Shown: positions 52,481 through 64,000 of the stretch, piece by piece
Position numbering within the stretch: position 1 is the first letter of the stretch
Layout: each line of letters opens with the position of its first letter
NCBI RefSeq assembly: GCF_006345805.1
Contig: NC_042998.1
Coordinates: 165,850,001 to 165,914,000, forward strand
Direction of reading: 5' to 3'
Origin: Octopus sinensis
Lineage: Eukaryota
Length of the DNA stretch: 64,000 nucleotides
Notes under the pieces: generated by a model
The model's database searches: none
What the model was told of the DNA's origin: nothing
Seen by the model: only the letters and a program-made list of their open reading frames with translations
Translations under genes and position numbers: made by a program

Positions 52481-54299
52481 TCCACCTTATTTCATGAATG
52501 CAACACACATCCACACACCTTCATTCCTGCATCTCAACAATCTCACTAGGCCTACCTTTCAATGTGCCCTTGTTGAGTGTGTTAACCCTAAGGATGAGAA
52601 AAGGGTGACAAGAGGGAACAGGGGAATAGGGGATAGCATTCTACGTCTGAAAAGAAAGTTTGCATGGTTGTTTAACAACAGGCATATCATATAAGTTCAC
52701 ATAAGTTTCATCATATATAATTCATTTGCTTCATGCTTGCCATGTCCACCAGATTCTTCTGGTATAAACTATTGCTTATACAAAGATAAAATAGCATCAA
52801 TAATTAACCCACTGACAAATACACCTGTCCAAATGTCTGATACATGTATGCTAGCTGTGCCTTTTTTTATATTGTAGTACTGTTGATGATAGTGAGATGT
52901 CAGTGGGAGGGAATGGGAGAGGAGGAAGAGAGGTTTTCAAACAGGTTTCCTGTATACAAGAAAGGTTTCCAGAAGAAAAACTTCCAGCATAGATGAAGAG
53001 GGGTGGGATGGGAGAGTACACCTCAAGCAACCAAGCCACATGGCTACATTGTGGACATAGTAATGGGGAAGAAGTAATTTATCTGTTCACAAGCCAAAAT
53101 AAAACTTCTAATATGAAACAACAAACAAAACGATGAGATGACAGGCTATACATATGTATGTCCCTTAACACAGGGGATAGTGTGCTGGATTTCAAATCCA
53201 AGAACCATGGGTTTGTACAGGGGACACCACTTGAATGACAGAGACATTCATTTCCAACTATCACATGATGTCTAGACAAGGAGACAGCAATGCATGCACA
53301 TACACACAGACACACCACATACAACAGGCTTCTTTCAGCTTCCATCTACCAAATCCACTCTCAGGGTCTTAGTTAGCCAGGGGCTATAGTAGAAAAAATA
53401 CCTGCCCAAGACACCATGCAGTAGGATTGAACCCAGGACTCCAGATCCTGATACATTCCGCATCAGTAATTGGTCTTTAGACAAACAGTATTAACTTTGT
53501 ATTTGCTGGTGCACAGTCCATCATAACCGGACCAATTTGTTTACTGCTTGGTGTGATACAGATCAATTTATCTACTGGGTCACTGTAATATTTGTACAGA
53601 TATTTCTTTTTGACAAAGGTCAGGCAGTGTTTTTGTACCTGATAATTATTGGTTTCAAATTTTGGCTCATGGCCAGCAAGTTCGTGGAGAAAATAAGTCG
53701 ATTGCATCAACTCTAACAGAGTACCTAGTAAAAGAAGTAATGCCTACACAAGACACAATGTTTTGTGGTCAGGTCTTGCCATCAAGTAAGAAGCACTCAT
53801 TGTCTTCTTATGATATCTTTTTATGAGTAGAGAAGAAAAATGTCTGGACTCCCACTAAATTTTAGGACAATGATATTAATACAAAATTCAACAGTGACTA
53901 GATGATTCAGCTGTGTTGATTAACTGCAAGAATAAAAGCACTTGCCTTTGTGTTAAGAGTTGCTGGAGTTTGTGGGTTGTCCTGATTTGCCCTGTTTAGC
54001 AATTTTCTGTTTTGGAGTTATTTTCATCGTATTATTCATATTATCATGGCAGCAAACTGGTTGAATGATTAGCGCATTCAGACAAAATGCCTTACAGCAT
54101 TTCTTCCACCTCATTATGTCCTGAGCTCAAATCCTGCCAAGGTGGACTTTGCCTTTCATCTTTGCAGAGCCAATAACACAAGTACCAGTTAAGTACTGGA
54201 GTGAATGTTATCAATTTAACCTCTCATGCAAAATTTCTGACCTCGTACCAAAATTCGAAACCCTAATATTATTCATATTATCATTTTACTTCTAATTCC

Positions 54300-54616
54300 T
54301 GCAGAACAACTGGCAAGAGACCTAGGGTTAAACCAAGAACGAGAGGATTGGATAATATTCATAGTTTCAGTTGGTTTCACTTGGGAATACAACCAGAAAG
54401 TTTAATGGCAGCTGCATCTGATAGGATTCTACAGAGGAGGTGCCTGAGGATGCTTCCCCCGCAATCCTCCTAGGAATTGTGAGCAGAAAAGATGGATGGA
54501 TGAATGGACGGACAGACGGATGGCTGGATGGATGGAAGGATGGATAGATGGATGGATAGATAGATGGATGGATGGATGGATGGATGGACGGATGGATGGA
54601 CAGACGGACGGACGGA
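54300..54616 (+). mobile_element. RTE (Expander/Rex3-like) 3' end with (GATG)n tail
   Basis: Degenerate [25 protein letters not shown] followed by (GATG)n. Confidence 0.6.
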
Positions 54617-54892
54617 CTTATAATTTAATATAATCCGATTTCTTTTGAAAAGTATTTCTCTTTCATTGTAACACTTCCAACATTATATCTTCTGACTTCA
54701 GGCAAATATAAAAACGATTGTTATTTTTTTGGTTGTTATAGATTTTTTTTATCTAAGCAACAGTCAGTAAAGGCTTATTTCTTCCAATCACTAAAGCTTT
54801 CTACCCATTTGAATAAAACCTTTAATACTAGAGTTATCCATTGCCTAATGTACATAAACAATATATTATCCCTTTAACTGAAAAATTAAATT

Positions 54893-55160
54893 TCATGGTT
54901 ATTCCAGTAACGATATTAAATATCTACAAAAACCCGAGTTGTTATTTTCTGCAAATTGCATTTCTTATAAAAACTTGACTATCTCAATAGGAAATAGTTC
55001 TAAAAAGACATGAGCATGTCTGTGTGGTAGGAAGTTTGCTTTCCAACCACATGGCTCTGAATTCAGTCTCACCATATGGCACCTTGGGCAAGTGTCTTTT
55101 CTATAGCTTCAGGCCAATGAAAGCCTTGTGAGTAGCTTTGGTTGACAGAAACTGAAGGAA
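54893..55160 (+). repeat. Left arm of a local inverted duplication (partner 57820-58042)
   Basis: Near-identical reverse complement across an old-repeat/SINE junction; the partner lacks an internal segment of about 45 bp bounded by ttcag microhomology. Confidence 0.88.
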
Positions 55161-55994
55161 GCCCTTCTTGTATGTGTGTGTGTGGGGGGGTGCATTCATG
55201 CCTGTGTTTGTCCCCCACCAGGTGATGACAACTGGTGTTGACATGTTTACATCCTTGTAACTTAGTGATTCAGCAAAAGGAGAATGACAGAATAAGTACC
55301 TGGTAAAAAAAAAAACAATAAGTACTGGGATCAATTCATTCAACTAACATTCTTCAGGGCTGTGCTCCAGCATGGCCGCAGTCGAATACCCAAAACAGGT
55401 GAAAGATAAAAAGGATAAAATATGACATACCTCTAGAAAAGGTAGACGGGTATATAAAGCTGCTTCCCGCTGTTAATTTTGAGTGGATATATATGCTATC
55501 TAGAGTATAAGGGTTTGCAAGAAGAGTATTCAGTAATCACTCAAAGTCATGATTCTCCACATCACAACTTTGCATGGAATAAGCTCCGGCGTCTTTTTTG
55601 GCTTCCTTCTGCATAAATTTAACACACTGTAACTACTAGACAGAACATGCTATGGGATACAGCATGGAAAGCATTGACACCCATCTTAGCATTTATATGT
55701 GAGACAGCTAAGAGGAGACACCATACTGGACATAGGAGACAGTAGCAGAACAGCAGATGACAACATCAAACCATTGAACACTGAGTAGCCACAACACAAT
55801 GACCAGCAGCCAACCTTTTGACTGCTGCTTCAACCATATCAACTCAAGAACAATTATCTCCAAACTCTTACTTGTTTCAGTCATTTGACTACACCCATGC
55901 TGGGGCACCGCCTTGAAGACTTATTTTTCAAAGCCTAGTACATATTCTATCGGTCTTCTTTGCCAAACTGCTAAGTTACAGGGATGTAACAGAT

Positions 55995-56075
<81 letters not shown>

Positions 56076-56076
<1 letters not shown>

Positions 56077-57097
56077 GGACAGAATCTCTAAATACTCTGG
56101 AAGAGTTCAATATCCTCCTGAACAACCTACACCCATCTCTCCAATTTACAAAGGAGATGAGTAGTACCAAATTACCATTCCTGGATATAATGGTAATTAA
56201 AAAAGACACCACCATCACCACAGATATATACTATAAACACACAGATACACATCAATACCTAAATTTTAAGTCGTGCCATCCACCACATACAAAACATAAC
56301 ATCCCATACTGCCTAGCCAGAAGAATTTGTACTATTGTAGAAGATGCAAATATCAGGAACAAACGCCTAATAGAACTAAGAGAATTTTTGCTCAAACAAA
56401 AATACCCATCTCTACTTATAGAAAATGGCATACAGCGGGCTATAAAAATACCCATACAACAACTTAGGACAACCCAAGGAAGAGGAAAACAAGAACAAGT
56501 CATACCATTCATAGTGACACACAACCCATGTCACCAGAATATCTTCAACATTGCCAAAGCAAACCTACCAATCATTGCCCAAAGTAATGAATTAAAAGAC
56601 ATAATCACGGATCGAGCTATGGTGCTTAGTAAAAGACAGCCTAAAAACTTGAAAACATTACTAACAAAGGCAAAATTTGACCTCAGCAACAAAGACCAAA
56701 CATTCACGGTATCTAAATGCAATGATAGCCGATGTGGCACATGCCAATTGATACATACCGGTCAATATATAAACACAAAAACCGGGAAAATATTCACAAA
56801 CGCGAATATGAACTGCAAAAGCAGAAATTTAATTTACTGCATCAAATGCCCAAATTGTGAAGAAATATATGTAGGTCAGACGGGAAACGCACTATTAGAA
56901 CGCTCACGTGTATACTGGCAACAGATTAGAGACCCAGAGGTCCGTCAGATACCTTTGAGTAACCACCTAGCAACATGTGGTCGGAAAATATATATATATT
57001 TCCATTCTACAAATTACACAGCCCAAGTGAAATCGAGAGGAAAATCAGAGAAAAGAATTTTATTGATAAATTCGAACCCAAGCTAAATAAGCAATAA
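56076..57097 (+). pseudogene. Penelope RT C-terminus, Cys linker and GIY-YIG endonuclease (one frameshift)
   Basis: WTESLNTLEEF..LNNLHPSLQFT..LPFLD..DIYYKHTDTHQYLNFKSCHP; CNDSRCGTC linker; NLIYCIKCPNCEEIYVGQTG; frameshift in a (TA) run near 56990, then FPFYKL..REKNFIDKFEPKLNKQ* (57095-57097). Confidence 0.93.
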
Positions 57098-57583
57098 TAA
57101 TAATAATAATAATACTTAGAGGTATTACTTCCACTAACAACAACAACAATACTAAAGGTGATCAAGATGAAGATAGCAGGAAAATTATCTTATTTAGGGT
57201 TAAAAATTCTATTGCCACCACCATCACCACTAGCAACAATAATTAAGGTGCTGACAATGATGATGATGACAATTGAAATATAAAAATATAAAAATCTCTG
57301 ACAAAGGATATTTACAACATTTCTAAAAATAACTCAACAATTGCTGCTTCGGCCAGGGTCAAGATACAGGACTCTTGACATGTCCAACAAAGCGTGATGC
57401 CTAAACCAATCAGCTCAACCAACCAATCAGCTTAAGTAATTGAGTGATACTACACACTGATTGGTCAGAATACAGTTTGCAAAACCTAGCACTCTGGAGC
57501 CTCTCCCAGCTGTATTTATAGCACAGAATCAATCATCTTGCTACAGTCAAAAATTGTGAAGCATGACTGTCAACACTACTACA

Positions 57584-57628
57584 TGAACCCGAAGATTGCA
57601 GAATTCAATGCATGAAAGTACTAGTTCA
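57584..57628 (+). ncRNA. Type-I minimal hammerhead motif, U4C variant
   Basis: tgaac-CcGAAGA-t-tgca-gaattcaa-tgca-t-GAAAG-TA-CTA-gttca: 5-bp stem I, stem II tgca/tgca, palindromic stem III AGTACT. Confidence 0.65.
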
Positions 57629-57819
57629 ATCAGAATGAATATTTAACATTCTACTATTTCATTTTATTTTATTCAATTATAATATATTATCTTATAATAT
57701 ATCATTATAAGATTGTAAATAAAACGTGAAAATCAGACAAGGTTGGAATTCTTTTTATTTTTATATATATATATATATATATATGTGCATATGTGTGTGT
57801 GTGTGTGTATCTATGTCTG

Positions 57820-58042
57820 TTCCTTCAGTTTCTGTCAGCTAAAGCTACTCACAAGGCTTTCATTGGCCTGAATTCAGAGCCATGTGGTTGGAAAGCAAAC
57901 TTCCTACCACACAGCCATGCTCATGTCTTTTTAGAACTATTTCCTGTTGAGATAGTCAAGTTTTTGTAAGAAATGCAATTTGCAGAAAATAACAACTCAG
58001 TTTTTTGGTAGATATTTAATATCGTTACTGGAATAACCATGA
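57820..58042 (-). repeat. Right arm of the inverted duplication (partner 54893-55160)
   Basis: See left arm. Confidence 0.88.
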
Positions 58043-58414
58043 CAATCTGTGTTGGTGTGTTTACATCCCTGTAACTTAGCAGTTTGGCAAAGAAGTCCAA
58101 TATATATATATATATATATATGATAGACTTCTTTCAGTTTCCATCACTGAATCCATTCACAAGGCTTTGATCTACCTAAGACTATAGTAGAAGACACTTG
58201 CCCAATGTGCCACACAGTGGGACTGAACGCAGAACAATGTGGCTGAGAAGCAAGCTTCTTACCACACAACCACACCTGTACCTATTTTGTGTATGAAAAG
58301 AATAAAAAATTTTGATTACCACAAATCGCAACAGACTCCAATATTCTTCTTCGTACAGGTAAAAAAATTATAATGGATTAATGAATAGATAGATAAATAA
58401 ATAATACATTACAG

Positions 58415-58890
58415 TGGAGGCACAATGGCCTGGTGGTTATGGCAGCGAACTCGCGGTCATAGAATCGTGGTTTTGATTCCCAGATCAGGCATTGTGAGTG
58501 TTTATTGAGCAAAAACACCTAAAGTTCCACAAGGCTCTGGCAGGGGGTGGTGGTGAACCCTGCTGTACTCTTTCACCACAACTTTCCTTCACTCTTTCTT
58601 CCTGTTTCTGTCATACCTGTATTTCAAAGGGCCAGCCTTGTCACACTCTGTGTCACGCTGAATCTCCCCGCGAACTACATTTAGGGTACACGTGTCTGTG
58701 GAGTGCTCAGCCACTTGCACGTTAATAAATGAGCTGTGACGTCACTGGTGCCAGTGGGGAGGGGAGGCTGGTATGCGTGGGCGACTGCTGGTCTTCCATA
58801 AACAACCTTGCCCAGACTTGTGCCTCGGAGGGTAAATTTCTAGGTGCAATCCCATGGTCATTCATGACCGAAGGGAGTCAGAACACACAC
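58415..58890 (+). mobile_element. tRNA-derived SINE of a third family
   Basis: A box tggcctggtgg and B-box-like gttttgattc; body unrelated to the CORE and Meta families; single copy in the window. Confidence 0.6.
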
Positions 58891-59345
58891 TACATTACAA
58901 TTTACAATAACAGAATTCCCTTTTAGTATAAAAGTTAATGAGAAACAATACCAGTACATTAGAAAAACCTGTCAAAACAATTGAGATGGAGATTACTAAG
59001 CTGACAGCAATTATCAACATGTCATAATAACAATCAAATTAGATAGAAATATATTTGATGAAGTGATATGGTCTCTTATGAAATTTATGAAATGATGTAT
59101 TGAAGTTTTTAATTTTTGTCAGTGAAATGATTTACAATTTTGACTATATGATCTTTGACTATATGAATCGACCCCAGTACTGGTTTTTTATTGTTTTAAG
59201 CCTTGAAATTATTTTGTTGGGGTATTTAGCTGAGCCACTATGTTACAAGGACTTAACAACACCAACACCAGTTGCCAAGCAGTAGTGGGAGACAAACACT
59301 CACACACACACACACACACATACATATATACACACACACATATAT

Positions 59346-59430
59346 TATTGTGTCTGGGGAAAATTATTCTCTGTTAGTGCCTTATTAATTTAATAAGGTA
59401 CTAATAGAGAATAACTCTCTCCAGACAATA
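59346..59430. repeat. 85-bp imperfect palindrome
   Basis: tattgtgtctgg..ttattctctgttagtgccttatt / aataaggtactaatagagaataa..ccagacaata around a 5-nt loop. Confidence 0.8.
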
Positions 59431-60582
59431 AAATATACTTCAACACATGAATTCACATAAAGAATCTTGCAAACCAAATACAGAAATAAAATATATATAA
59501 ATACACACAACGGACTTCTTTCAGTTTCCATCTAGCAAATCTACTCACAAGGCTTTGGTTGGCCCTAGGCTACAGTAGAAGACACTCACCAAAGGTGCCA
59601 TGCAGTGGGACTGAGCCTGGAACCATACAGTTGTAAAGCAAGCTTCTTACCACCCAGCCATGCCTGTGCCTTTATAAGATGATAAAAAAAAAACTGTGGT
59701 TAATAGACCCCCAGTGAATCCTGAGTATAACTATGATCAAAGGTATTCCAGCTGTGACCATCCTCCACCAACCCTCCCACCTTTATTTAAAACACAGTGC
59801 ACCTCTGTCTGGGATTACAGTATTCAATGAGCTCTTTATCTTAAAAATGTAAGGTGTAGGAATGACCTAGCAGTTAAGAAGCTTGCTTTGTAGCCATATA
59901 TTTTTGGGTTCAATCCCACTGTACTACACTTTGGACAAGTGTCTTCTACTATAAACTCAGATCAAGTTATGCCTTGTATGTGAACTTGGTATGTGGAAAC
60001 CTGTTGTATGTATGTAAGTGTCTTTGTTCCACCCACTTCTTGACAACCAGTGTTTTCATCTCTATAACTGTGCAGTTTGACAAAAAAGACTGATACTGAA
60101 CCCAACTTTTAAAAAATAATTACTGGGTTGATTTGTGTGACTAAACCCTTTGAAGTAGTACTCCAGCATGGTTGCAGTCCAATGACTGAAACAAGTACAA
60201 GATAAAGGTATGGTTTGAGATTTGAATTTCAAACTAATGTTCAAACCAAGTTGAATTTCAAAACAAATTGAATGACTGGATAGAGGCTTTATTACAGTTT
60301 ATACTTAATGATAAGATTTTTTTTACATGTTTCAATTCTTGACTGACTTGTTTTTTTAATTTTTATTTTGCATAGCAAAATAGCTTACACCACTTCCTTT
60401 AACCTTTTGTTATTATATTTCTGTTGAAATACAGTGTGCTAAAAGGTTTGCTTCCCAACCACATGGTTCCAGGTTCAGTCCCACTGCATGGCACCTTGGG
60501 CAAGTGTCTTCTGCTATAGGCTTGAGCTAACCAAAGCCTTGTGAGTGGATTTGGTAGACGGAACTGAAAGAAGCCTGTCATG

Positions 60583-60626
<44 letters not shown>

Positions 60627-60832
60627 GTGAAATAGAAAGATGAATAATCTTGTAGTAGATTAATCAAAAGTTTACCGATACCTTAGTAGCAAAAATCACA
60701 GCAGTGAACAGCACGGTTGGAGGTACAACCATCTGGCGTTGCAACCGTGCGTTGGTGCGGATAATTGAAATTAAAACATTATGGTGAATTGAAGAAATGG
60801 AGCTGAACGCAGATTGAACAGAAATCGTTTTA

Positions 60833-60922
60833 TTTCATTCTACACGTGTTTCGAAAGGCACAAATTACCAAAATCCGATTGAATAATGGGACCATATTGT
60901 GTCTTTCTCTTCAGGAGAAAAA
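60833..60922 (-). ncRNA. Type-I hammerhead ribozyme, minus-strand arm
   Basis: CTGAAGA (60914-60908), stem II gaaagacacaa / ttgtgcctttc, GAAAC-ACGT-GTA; predicted cleavage between 60841 and 60840; stem I weak. Confidence 0.6.
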
Positions 60923-61016
60923 AGGAAATCCGTTGGAAAAACAAAAACAGAACAGAGGCAGAGCAATTTGTTTTTTGCTCTGCCTCTGTTCTGTTTTTGT
61001 TTTTCAACGGATTTCC

Positions 61017-61108
61017 TTTTTTCTTCCTGAAGAGAAAGACACAATATGGTCCCATTATTCAATCGGATTTTGGTAATTTGTGCCTTTCGAAACACGTGTA
61101 GAATGAAA
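61017..61108 (+). ncRNA. Type-I hammerhead ribozyme, plus-strand arm
   Basis: CTGAAGA 61027-61033; 11-position stem II with one mismatch; GAAAC 61089-61093; ACGT loop; GTA 61098-61100; stem I ttttcttc / gaatgaaa with one mismatch. Confidence 0.7.
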
Positions 61109-61157
61109 TAAAACGATTTCTGTTCAATCTGCGTTCAGCTCCATTTCTTCAATTCAC

Positions 61158-61193
<36 letters not shown>

Positions 61194-61437
61194 TACTTGG
61201 AAATGGATGCTTGGCATTCAAGTAAATAATAATATAAATAATATATGTGTGTGTGTGTGTATGCATATATGGGTACAGGACATCACCAACTATGTAAACA
61301 ACATGATGTATGAAAACAAACAAGTTAAATACGCAAACAACAAGAGAGAAAAATGGAAAACAGGACAAGTAACAGAGAATGACCCTTCATCAGTTGTCTG
61401 ATCTCTATCTACTCTTCATTTTGAGCATTCAACAACA

Positions 61438-61470
<33 letters not shown>

Positions 61471-61848
61471 TGTATGTATGTATGTATGTATGTATGTATG
61501 TATCCGTGTGTGTCTTTGTTTGTCTCCCCCCACCCATCACTCTTGACAACCAGTGTTGGTGTGCTTATATCCTCATAACTTAGCAGTTTGATAAAAGAGA
61601 CCAATAGAATAAGTACTAGATTTTTTAAAAAAAATTAAATCCTGGGGTTGATTCTTTGACTAAAAATCCTTCAAGGCAGTGCTCCAGCATGGCTGCAGTC
61701 AAATGACTTAAACAAGTAAAACATAAAAGATAATGAAGAATTTAGTAAAGTAACCTTATCATTATTGAGTTGGCCTTGGGAGTTTAAATAAGTATGAAAT
61801 TTTAATGAAGGGTTTTTAATTTGGATATTTTTAAAACAAGAAGCTTAA

Positions 61849-62052
61849 CCCTTTTGTTACTAATCTGGCTCTGTGGTAAAATGTCTTGTTTTCATAAGTT
61901 TTGAATTAAAATATTCTACCAAGCCTTAGTCACAATTTACGTTCCTAACACTAGATTAATGATAATTAAGTTATTTTACTAAATTCTTTGTTATATTTAA
62001 AATAGTTGAAAGAAACACAGAGCATCTCAAAATAAATACAGTAATGAAAGGG
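61849..62052. mobile_element. piggyBac-type MITE, family 2
   Basis: TTAA-cccttttgttac ... gtaatgaaaggg-ttag. Partial copies at about 39213-39346 and 60398-60435. Confidence 0.7.
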
Positions 62053-62594
62053 TTAGAATCATGAGTAGGTTCAGGCAGGTTAGTATGAAAAGAGTTAAAT
62101 GAAGACAACTAATTCTCAAACAAATCTTAAGAGAGAAAGCATGTTATTGATGAGGTCCTGAATAGTGACAAAAGGACTTTACAAACAAATAACTGATGGA
62201 TTGTTTAACTAGCACATTAAACAAACAATTGATTACTTAGTTTGTTAGACATTTAACTAATTGAGTAACAATAGCTCTTTAGCATTCAAACTGGCCATAT
62301 CTGGCCCAAATTTTCTACCTGTTTCATGATCAAACTGGCTAGATCCAGCCTCTCGCACCTACCCTGCAATGTCATTCTAAAAATAAGCAATCACATCACT
62401 GATATACTGAAGTTATGAGACAATGCATGATTAATTTAAAACAATGTGAAGAAATAAGCATTACATTTGATGGAGTAATTTGAATGCTGAAGGGATAAAG
62501 AAGTGATAGTGAACCAGTGCATGTGTTTATTATTATCTGCATAATGACCCTCCCAACAAGACACAACAAGATTTGTTTCAACACATGAACTCAC

Positions 62595-62611
62595 ACCAAA
62601 AACCTTGTAAA
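62595..62611 (-). CDS. Candidate 17-nt micro-exon (F)YKVFG
   Basis: Acceptor ttattttcactttgtttttgtaattag, donor ggt|gtgagt; reading frame stays open when joined to the 63089-63193 exon. Confidence 0.35.
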
Positions 62612-63088
62612 CTAATTACAAAAACAAAGTGAAAATAACAGGTTAACAATGGATCATTTGCCAATTCAAATTGCTGTTAATGTTTCTGGCATTAATTTTA
62701 CCACCTGTGGTTCCTCTTTAGGACTAGGTGGACCTGGCAATTTTAAGTTGTTGCTGTTTAACCCCAGATCTTCCAGAAGAGATTATCCTGTGTTTTTCAG
62801 CAGTAACTAAAACTACATTATCTAACATGTCTTTACTGGCTTTTAAGATGATAGTGTGTAATTTGAAGGAGATTTGGCTGCTGTTTTGGGGTGGTTGAAT
62901 GATCTATGATGAGTCTCAATCTTTAGTTCAGACTTTTCTTGGTGAGGGGACACTAAGTACAAGCTGCTGACATCTTTGCTGGTTGCCTGGTATCCTATCT
63001 GCTTAGCCACATCTACTCTCTCTTTCTCTTTCTCCCTCTCTCTCTCCCTATCTATCTCTCCCCCTCTCTCCCATACATACATACATAC

Positions 63089-63167
63089 ATAGTGTGCATG
63101 CCTGAACTTGAGTTCTCAAGGAGAACAAAGCTAGAAGAAAAAGATGTACATAGTTTGAAAAATACAT
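63089..63167 (-). CDS. Candidate coding part of an exon (63089-63193) encoding a signal-peptide-like MYFSNYVHLFLLALFSLRTQVQA-CTL
   Basis: Acceptor cccctttatttctcttcag, donor ctat|gtatgt, ATG at 63167; hydrophobic core and V-x-A cleavage-like motif. Protein not recognised. Confidence 0.4.
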
Positions 63168-63352
63168 GAAAGTAAAGAGGTTGTGTATATTGTCTGAAGA
63201 GAAATAAAGGGGAAACAAAATCCAGTTAAACATAAGAGAACATGTAAAATAGAAAGGATTTTTTCAAAAAAGATGCACAGACAAAGAAGTCCAGGAGTGA
63301 AAGTTGCAGTCATGACAACAGTAATGGAATCCAAGGGTGGCTGAGAGGAGCA

Positions 63353-63398
<46 letters not shown>

Positions 63399-63754
63399 TT
63401 TATCTTGTTTCAGTGAATGGATTGCAGCCAAGTTGGAACACTGCACATGCACACACACACACACACACACACACGTGCCAAGCTTCCACACCACATTTTC
63501 TATGCAAAAATTTGTTTGCCTCTCATCACTGCTTGACAACTGGTGTTGGTATATTTACATCCTTATAACTTTGTGGTCCAGCAAAAGTTACCAATACAAT
63601 AAGCACCAGTCTTTAAAGAAAAAAATAAGTACTGGGGTCAATTCATTTGACTAAAATTCTTCAAGACTGTGCCCCAGCATGGTCACAGTTTAATTACTAA
63701 AATAAGTAAAAAAAAAAAATTATACATGTATGTATGTAAAAATATATGTACATA

Positions 63755-64000
63755 TAGGCGCAGGAGTGGCTGTGTGGTAAGTAGCTTGCTAACCAACCAC
63801 ATGGTTCCGGGTTCAGTCCCACTGCGTGGCACCTTGGGCAAGTGTCTTCTGCTATAGCCCCGGGCCGACCAATGCCTGGATTTGGTAGACAGAAACTGAA
63901 AGAAGCCTGTCGTATATATGTATATGTATGTGTGTTTGTGTGTCTGTGTTTGTCCCCCTAGCATTGCTTGACAACCGATGCTGGTGTGTTTACGTCCGTG
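63755..64000 (+). mobile_element. CORE-type SINE family A, cut by the window end
   Basis: Head taggcgcaggagtggctgtgtggtaagtagc and CORE block. Confidence 0.9.

Larger units (their letters stand above)
56073..57770 (+). mobile_element. Penelope-like element (Neptune-type), 5'-truncated, between (TA)n tracts
   Basis: ORF remnant plus about 670 bp of 3' region containing an HHR motif. Confidence 0.9.
60782..61159. repeat. 378-bp near-perfect palindrome (about 185-bp arms, 8-nt loop)
   Basis: 60782-60966 is the reverse complement of 60975-61159 apart from two single-base indels. Confidence 0.97.

Noticed and set aside
53477-53710. 77-aa minus-strand ORF or exon (VQKHCLTFVKKK...)
   Set aside because: The putative acceptor is the tail of a Meta-type SINE fragment, and there is no recognisable homology.
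58340-58364. Recursive splice site-like motif ttcttcttcgtacag|gtaaaa
   Set aside because: A single occurrence, host strand unknown, and the donor is not a strong consensus.
60840-61101. Mirror-image ORF pairs on both strands
   Set aside because: Automatic consequence of the palindrome.
61300-61420. CTGATGA on the minus strand (61393-61387) in a Penelope-like fragment
   Set aside because: No downstream stem II closure with GAAA is visible, so it was not called a hammerhead.

Overview
AT-rich, microsatellite-dense eukaryotic DNA. It is most likely an octopus (coleoid cephalopod) intron or intergenic region; this is inferred from memory of the SINE families and from repeat density. No long host coding sequence, rRNA, true tRNA or CRISPR array is visible. 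Most ORFs in the supplied track are simple-repeat artefacts or transposon debris. The window is a mosaic of mobile elements: CORE-type and Meta-type tRNA-derived SINEs, RTE, CR1, R4/Dong-like and HERO-like LINE fragments, a Neptune-type Penelope element (RT C-terminus plus GIY-YIG), a full-length degenerate DD36E Tc1, a DD34D mariner, an internally deleted piggyBac, a complete non-autonomous Helitron, and several MITEs. The most notable signal is a set of five type-I minimal hammerhead-ribozyme (HHR) motifs of the Penelope type. Two sit in a near-perfect 378-bp palindrome (one per strand), one lies inside a TSD-flanked tRNA-derived SINE, one is in the Penelope 3' region, and one is decayed. 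There is also a candidate signal-peptide exon plus micro-exon of a minus-strand host gene near 63 kb. Everything was read by eye; boundaries are approximate unless a TSD or TIR is quoted.
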